From the NCBI GenBank assembly GCA_963529135.1, contig CAURYQ010000003.1:19827-83826 (forward strand): a DNA stretch of 64,000 nucleotides. The letters are read 5' to 3'. Source of the DNA: an uncultured Pseudomonas sp. Its GTDB lineage: Bacteria; Pseudomonadota; Gammaproteobacteria; Pseudomonadales; Pseudomonadaceae. Numbering within the stretch: position 1 is the stretch's first letter; each line of letters begins with the position of its first letter. Positions 1-8,824 of the stretch are shown piece after piece. Both the position numbers and the translations under genes were made by a program. A model generated the notes under the pieces. The model searched no databases. It was not told where the DNA came from and saw nothing but the letters and a program-made list of their open reading frames with translations.

Positions 1-1
1 T

Positions 2-1738
2 GCTGCCATCGACCCGGCGCCCAAGGGCTCGCGCAAGATCGTGCTGGCCACCAATATCGCCGAGACCAGCTTGACCATCGAAGGTGTCAGGGTGATGGTG
101 GACAGTGGGCTGGAGCGAGTACCGAGGTTCGATCCTCGCAGTGGCATGACCCGACTCGATACCCAGCGTATCTCGAAGGCCAGCGCTACCCAGCGTGCAG
201 GGCGTGCAGGGCGATTGGAACCTGGCGTCTGCTACCGGCTCTGGTCGCAGTCCCAGCATGAGCAAATGGCCGGCTACAGCACACCCGAGATGCTTCAGGC
301 CGACCTTGCCACCTTGGCACTCCAGCTGGCCCGGTGGGGAATGAAGCCGCACGAGATGACCTGGCTCGATCAACCACCTGCAGCGCCTTTTGGCCAGGCC
401 AGAGACCTGCTGACGCGGCTGGGCGCACTCGACGATGCTGGACAGCTCACGCCACACGGTGCAGCCATGAGTGAGCTTCCGGCACATCCACGGATCGCTC
501 ACATGCTTATCAACGGCAACGCGATGGGCCTGGATGACCTGGCGTGCAATATCGCGGCGCTGCTGGGTGAAAAGGACATTCTGCGTGGCGGCGGTGCCGA
601 CCTTCACACCCGGCTGAGTGCCTTGTCGGGCGAGCAGCATTCACGGCGCAGCGGCGGCGCGCTCCAGCGGGTGAGGCAGTCTGCTCGGCAGTACCGGTCG
701 TCGCTGCGTGGCAAGGCTCCCCGCCCTGTCGCCGAGCCCGACCACCCACGATGGGTAGGGTGCCTGCTGGCGTTTGCCTACCCTGACCGCATCGGCTTGC
801 AGAGGCGTGCAGGTGCCTCTGAGTACCGGCTCTCCAACGGTCGGGCCGCGGTGTTCCCGGAGCCCGATGCGCTTACCAAGCACGCGTGGCTGGTGGTGGC
901 CGACCTAGGTAGCCGGCAAGGACAGCGTGAGGAGCGGATCTACCTGGCCAGTGACCTCGATCCAGCCCTGTTCGATGACGCGTTGGCAGACCTGGTGAGG
1001 TCGGTCGATGAGGTCGATTGGGATGAAAGGGAAGGGGTGTTGAAGGCTGAGCGGCAGTTGAAGGTGGGTCAACTCATCTTGTCGACGAAGGCCCTGCCGA
1101 GTCTCGACGAGCAAGCCCGTTCGCTGGCCTTGGTCAACCTGGTCAGGCGCAAGGGCATCGAGCTACTGCCCTGGAACCCAGAGCTGCGACAGTGGCAGGC
1201 GCGGGTCGATCTGCTGCGTCAGCTGGATATCCAGCAGGGTCAGGCAGAGAGCAAATGGCCCGATCTCAGCGATGCCAATCTTCTCGACACACTCGAAGCC
1301 TGGCTCGCGCCGTATCTGGGCAAAGTCACCAGGCTCAGTCATTTCAGCCAGCTGGATCTGTCGTCGATAGTCAGAAATCTTTTGCCGTGGCCGCTTCCAC
1401 AGGAGCTGGAAGTCCAGGCGCCTCAGGCGACTCAGGTGCCGTCTGGTTCGAACATCCGCATCGATTACTCGCAGCATCCGCCCATCCTCGCAGTGCGGCT
1501 GCAGGAGTTGTTTGGCCTGGCAGAAACCCCGCGCATCGCCCAAGGCCGGCAGCCGCTGGTGCTGCATCTGCTGTCGCCGGCCCGCAGACCTGTGCAAGTC
1601 ACCCAGGACCTTGCGAATTTCTGGCGCAGTACGTACGTGGAGGTGAAGAAGGATCTGAAGGGTCGCTACCCAAAACACTACTGGCCTGAAGACCCGCTGA
1701 TAGCCGAGGCGACTGCCAGGGCGAAGCCGAGGAAATAG
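2..1738 (+). CDS. hrpB: ATP-dependent helicase HrpB, C-terminal part (5' end lies outside the window)
   Basis: Frame is open from the window edge. DEAH-helicase motifs V/VI (VLATNIAETSLTIEGV, QRAGRAGR) are followed by a long HrpB-type C-terminal domain. Stop at 1736-1738. Confidence 0.9.
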   Translation, partial: AAIDPAPKGSRKIVLATNIAETSLTIEGVRVMVDSGLERVPRFDPRSGMTRLDTQRISKASATQRAGRAGRLEPGVCYRLWSQSQHEQMAGYSTPEMLQADLATLALQLARWGMKPHEMTWLDQPPAAPFGQARDLLTRLGALDDAGQLTPHGAAMSELPAHPRIAHMLINGNAMGLDDLACNIAALLGEKDILRGGGADLHTRLSALSGEQHSRRSGGALQRVRQSARQYRSSLRGKAPRPVAEPDHPRWVGCLLAFAYPDRIGLQRRAGASEYRLSNGRAAVFPEPDALTKHAWLVVADLGSRQGQREERIYLASDLDPALFDDALADLVRSVDEVDWDEREGVLKAERQLKVGQLILSTKALPSLDEQARSLALVNLVRRKGIELLPWNPELRQWQARVDLLRQLDIQQGQAESKWPDLSDANLLDTLEAWLAPYLGKVTRLSHFSQLDLSSIVRNLLPWPLPQELEVQAPQATQVPSGSNIRIDYSQHPPILAVRLQELFGLAETPRIAQGRQPLVLHLLSPARRPVQVTQDLANFWRSTYVEVKKDLKGRYPKHYWPEDPLIAEATARAKPRK

Positions 1739-2016
1739 CTATCTGGGACAACCCAGCTCCGGCTGAAAAGTCCAGATACTCGTCCATGCTGCGTTTAAAA
1801 GCGGCTCGCAGTGCTCATTTAATCCAGGACACTCTGCGTGCTTGCCGGTTTTCGCCTTGCCTGACCTTGGTCTCAGAGCATTTCAGGCAGAGCCTGGCGC
1901 CGACGCCCATAGCGCTGCCTGAGCGCCGACACCAGAGCGTGATCCAATCCGCGGGCGCGTGGCTGTAACTGCTACAGAAACGCGTCCCGCATTGAATTGC
2001 GCGCTCGGACGACGAC

Positions 2017-2505
2017 TCAGCGTTGCTTGAGCAAGAAGTTGTACACCGTGCCTTCATCCACGTTCAGCAGGGCTATCACATCACGACTTAAATGCGGCGT
2101 GTCCTTCACAGCCCCCACTCGATGACCACGGTGGTCGCGCAGGTAGCACACGAGCCCCTCTTCAGTCTGGCGCAAGGGTTCTATTTTCCACGGGTCGGTG
2201 ACTTCGGCATTCCAGTAGAAGCCAAGGTAGCCGTTGCGGCTGACCCCGAGTCGCTTGACGTGTGGCCCTCCTGGAAGGGTGATGTCGTAATGCAAGCGGT
2301 CGTGGGTGCTCGACAGGAAATGGAAGTTCATCAATGGCGAGTCCACGCGTCCGCCGGCTTGCAGCCAGTCATCTTCAGGGGTAATGCCCCAACTGAACTT
2401 GTCTGAGCTGCGGCTAAGACGCAGTGGGATGTTGCCGGCTGTTGAACGCATGTAAAGCTTGGCGCTGAACGAGCGGGAGAACTGCGCTTGGATGGCGTCG
2501 TCCAT
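2017..2505 (-). CDS. hypothetical protein, 162 aa, no motif recognised
   Basis: Clean ORF convergent with hrpB. GAGGA Shine-Dalgarno about 8 nt upstream of the ATG at 2505. Protein-like composition. Confidence 0.55.
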   Translation of the reverse strand: MDDAIQAQFSRSFSAKLYMRSTAGNIPLRLSRSSDKFSWGITPEDDWLQAGGRVDSPLMNFHFLSSTHDRLHYDITLPGGPHVKRLGVSRNGYLGFYWNAEVTDPWKIEPLRQTEEGLVCYLRDHRGHRVGAVKDTPHLSRDVIALLNVDEGTVYNFLLKQR

Positions 2506-2594
2506 TGGGGGTTCCTCGTAAGTCTGTTGGGCCCACGCACCCTAATGCAGCGCAGGTGGCCTCAACAGCGAGAAGGCTTACCCCCAAGGTGGGC

Positions 2595-3251
2595 TCAAGC
2601 GGCCTGTTCAGTCTCCAGCAGCATGAACAGCCGATACAGCACCACCGTGCTGAACAATTGCAGGAAGCCGCTCAGGCTGTCCATGATCAGTTGCATGCCA
2701 GGGGAGGGCTCGGCAATGGCCATCAGCATCAGCCCGTCGATGAGCCAGATCGGTGCCAGCACCGCTAGCATGCAAATCAGGATGCGCATGAAATGGCCGG
2801 TGGTCATGCGGGCGCTTTCGCGCATTGCCTGCACCACGGGCAAGCCGCGCAGCACCAGCAAGTATTCGGCGAACACCAGGTTGATCATGATCCATACGCC
2901 CGGGAATACGAACAAGGCCAGGCCCGCCATGATCAGCAGCGAGCTGATCAGCACCAGCAGAGCCAGCGGCGGCCAGAGCTGCACGGCTCGGGCGAAGAGG
3001 TCGCGCTTGGCGATGGCCTGGCCATTGCTGCGGGTATCGAGGTAAAGGATCAGTGCTGCGCTGTACAACGGGTAGCACAGCAGGCTGATCAGCATGCCGT
3101 AGGCTGGGGAGGCCTGGTCACCCAGCTGGCGATACAGCATCTGGGTGAGGATGGCTTCGATCACCACCAGCGGCAGGCACAACTGCGCAATGGCCCCTAG
3201 GTGGCGGCTGAAAAAGTGGAGGGAGTCGCGCAGGACGCTCAGCGGATTCAT
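2595..3251 (-). CDS. YciC/UPF0259-like polytopic inner-membrane protein
   Basis: 218 aa with 5-6 hydrophobic helices. The N-terminus MNPLSVLRDSLHFFSRHLG resembles the YciC family as I remember it. Confidence 0.65.
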   Translation of the reverse strand: MNPLSVLRDSLHFFSRHLGAIAQLCLPLVVIEAILTQMLYRQLGDQASPAYGMLISLLCYPLYSAALILYLDTRSNGQAIAKRDLFARAVQLWPPLALLVLISSLLIMAGLALFVFPGVWIMINLVFAEYLLVLRGLPVVQAMRESARMTTGHFMRILICMLAVLAPIWLIDGLMLMAIAEPSPGMQLIMDSLSGFLQLFSTVVLYRLFMLLETEQAA

Positions 3252-3416
3252 GGGTCAACATCGCATGGCAATTGGAACAGGGGGCTCACTTTAGCCCAAA
3301 GGGGCGCCTGATCTGTCACTTGCTGAAAAAAGTTTCACGCCATCGGTGATTGAATCAGTCGTGTTCTCGCCCCATCTTGAGCCTGTCCGTTGTCCCGCTA
3401 CCCACGAGGTCGCCCC

Positions 3417-4181
3417 ATGAATACCGAAGAACAATCCCTGATCGATGGCCTGTTCAGCCGCATCAAGCAGGCCGAAGACCCAAGCCAGCCACGGGATGCG
3501 CAGGCCCAGGCCTGCATCGAAGCGCACGTGCGCCAGCAGCCGGCTGCCCCTTACTACATGGCCCAGGCGATTCTGGTGCAGGAAGCTGCCATCAAGCGTC
3601 TGGACGAGCAGAACAAACAGCTTGAAGCCGAACTCAAGCAAGCGCGTGCCCAAGCCGAAGCTGCACAGGCCAGCGCCTCCTCGCAGAACTCAGGTGGCGG
3701 CGGTTTTCTGTCCAGCATCTTCGGGTCTGGCGGGCGCAGTTCGGCGCCAGCGCCTGCCCCTCAGCCCCAGCGCTCGGTAGCACCGTCGGCGCCGTCCGGT
3801 GGCGGCTGGCGCGAACCTGCAGCCCCCGGTTTTTCGCAGTCGCCCGGCCAGCAGCCAGGCTTTGGCGCAGCGCCGGCGCGCGGCGGTGCCAGCAGCTTTC
3901 TGGGCGGCGCCATGCAGACGGCTGCCGGCGTGGCGGGCGGTGTCTTGCTGGCGCAGGGCATCAGCAGTCTGTTCAATCACAACGCCCAGCCCGAGGAAGT
4001 GGTCGAGGTGATCAAGGAAGAGCCCGCCCAGGCCAGTGACAGTGGCGGCTGGAGCGACCAGAACGAGCAGCAGCACGTGGCCGACAACAGCGGCTGGGGC
4101 AGCGACCAGGGCGGTTACAGCGACGCTGACTACGGCGGCGATGACGGTGGATTATTCTCCGACGACGATTCCTACATCTGA
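3417..4181 (+). CDS. DUF2076-family protein (coiled-coil N-domain, Gly/Ser/Ala-rich linker, acidic tail)
   Basis: Starts at ATG 3417 (MNTEEQSLIDGLFSRIKQAE). Conserved N-terminal module, then a low-complexity region and the acidic C-terminus typical of DUF2076. Confidence 0.7.
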   Translation: MNTEEQSLIDGLFSRIKQAEDPSQPRDAQAQACIEAHVRQQPAAPYYMAQAILVQEAAIKRLDEQNKQLEAELKQARAQAEAAQASASSQNSGGGGFLSSIFGSGGRSSAPAPAPQPQRSVAPSAPSGGGWREPAAPGFSQSPGQQPGFGAAPARGGASSFLGGAMQTAAGVAGGVLLAQGISSLFNHNAQPEEVVEVIKEEPAQASDSGGWSDQNEQQHVADNSGWGSDQGGYSDADYGGDDGGLFSDDDSYI

Positions 4182-4251
4182 CGGCTCTGGCATACTGCTG
4201 GCCTTCGCGGGGCGCTGAGCGCGTCCCGCTTCGGCCAGACGAGGTGCCAAG

Positions 4252-4731
4252 GTGAAAAAGATCGCGTTGTTCGCCGATGTGCAGAACCTCTATTACACCG
4301 TGCGCCAGGCGCACGGTTGCCATTTCAACTACACCACGTTGTGGAACCAGGTCAGCCGCGAAGGCCAGATCGTCGAAGCGGTGGCCTATGCCATCGATCG
4401 GGGCGACAGCAAGCAGCAGCAGTTTCAGCGGATACTGCGCAACCTCGGTTTCGACGTGCGTCTCAAACCGTTCATCCAACGTAGCGATGGCTCGGCCAAG
4501 GGTGACTGGGATGTCGGCATTACCTTGGATGTGATCGATGCGGCCAGCCGCGTGGACCAGGTGGTACTGGCGTCTGGGGACGGGGATTTCGACCTGCTGC
4601 TCGACCGCGTCATCCAGCGTCATGGGGCCGAAGCGGTGGTCTATGGGGTGCCTGGGCTTACAGCGATGTCCCTGATCCGTGCCGCCACCCGCTATGTGCC
4701 CATCGAGGGCCCGTTGTTGCTCAAACACTAA
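4252..4731 (+). CDS. NYN-domain (LabA-like) protein
   Basis: GTG start. KIALFADVQNLYY and the ASGDGDF motif are typical of the NYN/LabA PIN-like fold. Confidence 0.8.
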   Translation: MKKIALFADVQNLYYTVRQAHGCHFNYTTLWNQVSREGQIVEAVAYAIDRGDSKQQQFQRILRNLGFDVRLKPFIQRSDGSAKGDWDVGITLDVIDAASRVDQVVLASGDGDFDLLLDRVIQRHGAEAVVYGVPGLTAMSLIRAATRYVPIEGPLLLKH

Positions 4732-4738
4732 GGTTTTT

Positions 4739-5344
4739 ATGGAACGTATCGCTGTCATCGACTTTGAAACCACCGGTATTTCCCCCGGTACCGGTTGCCG
4801 TGCCACCGAGGTGGCCGTGGTGATGCTGGAACGCGGGCGAATCGTGGAGCGCTATCAGAGTCTGATGAACGCCGGTGTGTCGGTGCCCGCTTTCGTGTCG
4901 GGGTTGACCGGCATCACCACCGCCATGGTGCGCAAGGCGCCGCCGGTGGAGCAGGTGATGAACGAGGTGGCCGAGTTCGTGGGCGCCACCCCGCTGTTGG
5001 CGCACAACGCTGCCTTCGACCAGAAGTTCTGGGACTTCGAGCTGGGCCGTATCGGCCGCAACCGCAGCCAGCCCTTCGCCTGCTCTCTGCTGCTGTCCCG
5101 ACGCTTGCTGCCGGCAGCCCCCAACCACAAGCTGGGCACCTTGACTCACTGGGCTGGGCTGCCGAACACCGGCACGGCCCACCGGGCCATGGCCGATGCG
5201 GAAATGGCCGCCAACTTGGTCCAGCACCTGGCCGGCGTGCTGCGTCAGGACCATGGTGTGCAGCAGCCTTCCCACGACCTGTTCTGCCGTTTGCAGAAAA
5301 CCCCCGCCGCCAAGGTGCGCGACGCGCTGGCGCTGTACCGCTGA
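4739..5344 (+). CDS. DEDDh 3'-5' exonuclease (DnaQ/epsilon-like domain protein)
   Basis: ExoI motif VIDFETTG, ExoII LLAHNAAFDQKF, ExoIII HRAMADAE. ATG at 4739 lies immediately after the NYN gene. Confidence 0.85.
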   Translation: MERIAVIDFETTGISPGTGCRATEVAVVMLERGRIVERYQSLMNAGVSVPAFVSGLTGITTAMVRKAPPVEQVMNEVAEFVGATPLLAHNAAFDQKFWDFELGRIGRNRSQPFACSLLLSRRLLPAAPNHKLGTLTHWAGLPNTGTAHRAMADAEMAANLVQHLAGVLRQDHGVQQPSHDLFCRLQKTPAAKVRDALALYR

Positions 5345-5475
5345 AGCGGGTAACGCCTGCTGCCAGAGGTCCACAGCCGCAAGTGTGCTGCCCATGCAGG
5401 CCCTTACTGTAACGTTGCCGCTGCGCTTTACGCCGTTAGACTGCCTCACCCGTAAAAAGGATTTTCGAGTTGACC

Positions 5476-6369
5476 ATGTCGAGTACCCACCGCTTCCCGC
5501 TGTTGCTCATCGGGGCCTTCGTGGCCCTGTATTTCGTATGGGGTTCAACCTATCTGTTCATCCGCATCGGTGTGCAGAGCTGGCCGCCCATGCTGATGGC
5601 CGGGGTGCGGTTTCTGATCGCCGGGGCGCTGTTGTATGGCTTCATGCGCTGGCGAGGGGCGCCAGCGCCGTCCTGGTCACAGTGGCGGGCGGCGGGCATC
5701 GTGGGGTTTCTGCTGCTCAGCTGTGGCAACGGCGGCGTGACCATTGCCGAGCATGCTGGCGTGGCGTCCGGCGTGGCTGCACTGGCGGTGGCGACGGTGC
5801 CTTTGTTCACCCTGGTGTTTGGCTTGATGTTTGGTTACCGCAACTCGGGGCTTGAATGGGCCGGGATCGCCCTTGGCCTGGCCGGCATCGCCTTGCTCAA
5901 CCTGGGCTCCAACCTGCAGTCGAGCCCGCTCGGTGCGGCGCTGCTGATATTCGCCGCTGCCTCGTGGGCGTTCGGATCGGTCTGGAGCAAGCGTCTGCCC
6001 ATGCCAGCCGGCCCGATGGCCAGCGCCGCGCAGATGCTGGTCGGTGGCACGGCGTTGCTGTTGGGCAGCCTGCTTTCGGGGGAGCGCATGACGCAGCTGC
6101 CCACCGCTGCCGGCTGGGGCGCGCTGGCTTACCTGGTGTTCTTCGGCTCGATCCTGGCGTTCAGCGCCTACATGTACCTGCTTAAAAACGTTCGCCCGGC
6201 GGCCGCCACCAGCTACGCCTACGTCAACCCCGCCGTGGCGGTGTTGCTGGGTATCGTGTTTGCGGGGGAGCAGATTGGTGCCGAGGAGTGCATCGCCATG
6301 GCAGTGATCATCGGCGCGGTGGTTTTGATCGGTCTGCCGCAGTGGCGTAAGGCTCGACCCATCGCGTAG
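5476..6369 (+). CDS. EamA/DMT-family transporter (YedA-like)
   Basis: About 10 TM helices and duplicated EamA halves (FVWGSTYLFIRIG ... ASWAFGSVWSKRL). Confidence 0.85.
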   Translation: MSSTHRFPLLLIGAFVALYFVWGSTYLFIRIGVQSWPPMLMAGVRFLIAGALLYGFMRWRGAPAPSWSQWRAAGIVGFLLLSCGNGGVTIAEHAGVASGVAALAVATVPLFTLVFGLMFGYRNSGLEWAGIALGLAGIALLNLGSNLQSSPLGAALLIFAAASWAFGSVWSKRLPMPAGPMASAAQMLVGGTALLLGSLLSGERMTQLPTAAGWGALAYLVFFGSILAFSAYMYLLKNVRPAAATSYAYVNPAVAVLLGIVFAGEQIGAEECIAMAVIIGAVVLIGLPQWRKARPIA

Positions 6370-6450
6370 CCGCTCAACGGGGAAACCTGCAAGTTGACAG
6401 GGGTGATGCGGTAGACTTGCCGGCTTCGCTGAACCCCTGATGGTATTGCC

Positions 6451-7782
6451 ATGAATTTCGCCAAACTCGGCCTGATCGAACCCTTGCTGCGCACCCTCCA
6501 GCTACGGGACTACACCACCCCCACCCCGGTACAGGCCCAGGCCATCCCCGCCGTGCTGGCCGGTCGCGACCTGATGGCCGCTGCCCAGACCGGCACCGGC
6601 AAGACCGCAGGCTTTGCCCTGCCCGTGTTGCAGCGCCTGGCACTGGAGGGCGAGAAGGTTGCCGCCAACTCGATTCGAGCGCTGGTGCTGGTGCCCACCC
6701 GTGAGCTGGCAGAACAGGTGCACACCAACGTTCGCGAGTACGCCGAGCACCTGCCGCTGAGCACCTACGCGGTGTATGGCGGGGTCAGCATCAACCCGCA
6801 GATGATGCGTCTGCGCCGCGGCGTGGACGTGCTGGTGGCGACACCGGGCCGGCTGCTGGACCTGTATCGCCAGAACGCGATCAAGTTTAACCAGGTGCAG
6901 ATTCTGGTACTCGATGAAGCCGACCGCATGCTCGACCTGGGCTTTGCCGAGGAGCTGCAGTCGGTGTATGCCGCATTGCCGCGCAAGCGCCAGACGCTGT
7001 TGTTCTCGGCGACGTTCTCGGATCAGATCCGCATGCTGGCAGGTCTGGCGCTCAACGACCCGCTCAGCATCGAAGTCAGCCCCCGCAACGCTGCAGCGGC
7101 GAGCGTCAAGCAATGGCTGGTGCCGGTGGACAAGAAGCGCAAGGTCGACCTGTTCTGTCACCTGTTGCGCAAGCAACGCTGGAAGCAGGTGCTGGTCTTC
7201 GCCAAGACCCGTAACGGTGTTGATCAGTTGGTCGAGCGCCTGCTGGCCGAAGGCGTGAACGCCGACGGCATCCATGGCGACCGGCCGCAGGCGACGCGGC
7301 AACGCGCGCTGGACAGCTTCAAGGCCCGCGAGGTGCAGGTGCTGGTGGCTACGGATGTGGCGGCTCGCGGGCTGGACATTGATGACCTGCCGCTGGTGGT
7401 CAACCTGGACTTGCCGATCGTGGCCGAAGACTACGTGCACCGTATTGGTCGCACCGGCCGCGCCGGCAACAAGGGCGAGGCGATTTCGCTGGTCTGTGCC
7501 GATGAAGTGCAGTTGCTGGCGGCCATCGAAGTGCTGACTCGCCAGACCTTGGCGCGTCATGATGAGCCTGACTTCATTCCTGATCACCGCGTGCCCTTGA
7601 CCGATGCCAGCGGTCAGGTGATGAAGAAGCCCAAGAAACCGAAGAAGCCCAAGGAAAACAGCGCCAAGCGTGGGCTTGGTCGCTGGATGGACAGTGACGA
7701 GGCAGGCACGGCGCAACCGGCGGTGAAGGCGGTGCGCAAGGTACCCAGTTTCAATGGTGGGCCGCGTAAACGTAAGCCTTGA
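6451..7782 (+). CDS. rhlE: DEAD-box ATP-dependent RNA helicase RhlE
   Basis: Q motif, Walker A AQTGTGKT, DEAD (VLDEADRM), SAT, HRIGRTGRAG and a basic Lys-rich C-terminal tail. Confidence 0.92.
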   Translation: MNFAKLGLIEPLLRTLQLRDYTTPTPVQAQAIPAVLAGRDLMAAAQTGTGKTAGFALPVLQRLALEGEKVAANSIRALVLVPTRELAEQVHTNVREYAEHLPLSTYAVYGGVSINPQMMRLRRGVDVLVATPGRLLDLYRQNAIKFNQVQILVLDEADRMLDLGFAEELQSVYAALPRKRQTLLFSATFSDQIRMLAGLALNDPLSIEVSPRNAAAASVKQWLVPVDKKRKVDLFCHLLRKQRWKQVLVFAKTRNGVDQLVERLLAEGVNADGIHGDRPQATRQRALDSFKAREVQVLVATDVAARGLDIDDLPLVVNLDLPIVAEDYVHRIGRTGRAGNKGEAISLVCADEVQLLAAIEVLTRQTLARHDEPDFIPDHRVPLTDASGQVMKKPKKPKKPKENSAKRGLGRWMDSDEAGTAQPAVKAVRKVPSFNGGPRKRKP

Positions 7783-7799
7783 GGTGATTGGGAGGGTCC

Positions 7800-8052
7800 C
7801 GGCGGTGCCCGCCTGGGCCTTAGTGCTTGCCTCCATCGCGCTGGTGAACGCCCTCAACGTGGTCGGCATCAACTCGGTGGCCCATACCAGCAACCTGATC
7901 GTCGGCGCGCAGATGTGGCCGGCAGCCTGGGTTCGGCGCTGGCCATGGTGATTGGTCTGTGCTGATTTGCGCTGGGGCTGGCGTATCTGGCCGTACTGAC
8001 TGCAGGTTTCCGCCGTCCTGTGCTACTGACGGACTTCTCCGAAGCGGGCTGA
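7800..8052 (+). pseudogene. Remnant of an APC-family amino-acid/polyamine permease (internal deletion, frame change and in-frame stop)
   Basis: Frame 2 reads a TM fragment, WALVLASIALVNALNVVGINSVAHTSNLIV. Frame 1 reads a permease C-terminus, GSLGSALAMVIGLC-stop(7963)-FALGLAYLAVLTAGFRRPVLLTDFSEAG-stop(8050). There is no start codon and no full-length ORF. Confidence 0.45.
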
Positions 8053-8092
8053 ATCCTGCCGCAAGTACTGACATTTCTGTTAGTTGCGCGTG

Positions 8093-8136
8093 ATCTCGCA
8101 AAGGCAAAAACTGACGTAAAACCGTTTTTGCGAGAT
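8093..8136. repeat. Perfect 10-bp inverted repeat (ATCTCGCAAA ... TTTGCGAGAT) with a 24-nt loop
   Basis: Read directly: arms at 8093-8102 and 8127-8136, ending 8 nt before the first Rhs-CT ORF. Confidence 0.7.
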
Positions 8137-8144
8137 TTCAGACA

Positions 8145-8804
8145 TTGAAAACCGCCGCCTTGGCTTACACCCCATACGGATACATCGACAGGCAAGCTCG
8201 TCTGGTCACGATGCTTGGCTTCAATGGGGATCGGTACGATCCGCTCACTGGCATTTATCCATTAGGGCAAGGTTACCGTAGCTACGGTCCAACCTTGATG
8301 CGCTTCCATAAGCCCGATGATCTCAGCCCCTTTGGGCAGGGCGGCTTTAACGCATATGCATACTGCAACTGTGATCCGCTCAATTACCGGGATGATACAG
8401 GCCATGTGCCAACATTTGCTCAGCTACGAAAATTTTGGGCTGCAAAAAGCCAGTCAGCCCAACCCTCAGTTGCTCTATTGAAACCAGTGCCGAAAAAGAA
8501 AGTGACATTTAACAAAAAAATAACTGGCACTATTTATACGAATGAGCATGATATACGAACACGCTGGCTTATCAAAGAAAAACAGTCATTACAAGCTTAC
8601 ATTGAGAAATTCACTAAGCGCGTTGAGCGAAAAACAGAAGACTTCAATCTTCTGATAGAACCGTCGACGTCTACCTTTGCGAAAGAGTGGGGCATCAGTG
8701 AACAAAGGTATCAGACTAAACTGGAAGCGCTCGCCACGTGGATTGACGATGCGCAAGATCGACTGAGAAATCTCAATGCCACCCTCAGGAGCTTTCGTGT
8801 TTAA
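8145..8804 (+). CDS. Orphan Rhs repeat-associated core fragment fused to a variable C-terminal domain (219 aa); only a TTG start is available
   Basis: N-terminus AYTPYGY...GFNGDRYDPLTGIYPLGQGYRSYGPTLMRFHKPDDLSPFGQGGFNAYAYCNCDPLNYRDDTGH matches the Rhs core end (YxxGxRxYxPxxxRFxxxD ... N.Y.Y ... DP.G). The C-terminal 130 aa is AT-rich and Lys-rich. No ATG and only a weak RBS. Confidence 0.65.
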   Translation: MKTAALAYTPYGYIDRQARLVTMLGFNGDRYDPLTGIYPLGQGYRSYGPTLMRFHKPDDLSPFGQGGFNAYAYCNCDPLNYRDDTGHVPTFAQLRKFWAAKSQSAQPSVALLKPVPKKKVTFNKKITGTIYTNEHDIRTRWLIKEKQSLQAYIEKFTKRVERKTEDFNLLIEPSTSTFAKEWGISEQRYQTKLEALATWIDDAQDRLRNLNATLRSFRV

Positions 8805-8824
8805 TAGATAAATTCGAGGTATGC

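Noticed and set aside
4252-5344. NYN-domain plus DEDDh exonuclease pair as a possible anti-phage defence module
   Set aside because: The GC content and codon usage match the core genome. There are no mobile-element hallmarks, and the neighbours are housekeeping-like. Nothing in the sequence distinguishes the pair from a conserved chromosomal gene pair.
6502-7893. 463-aa ORF antisense to rhlE
   Set aside because: Typical high-GC shadow ORF. It has an Arg/Gly/His/Leu-rich composition and no motifs, and it fully overlaps a gene with unmistakable DEAD-box motifs.
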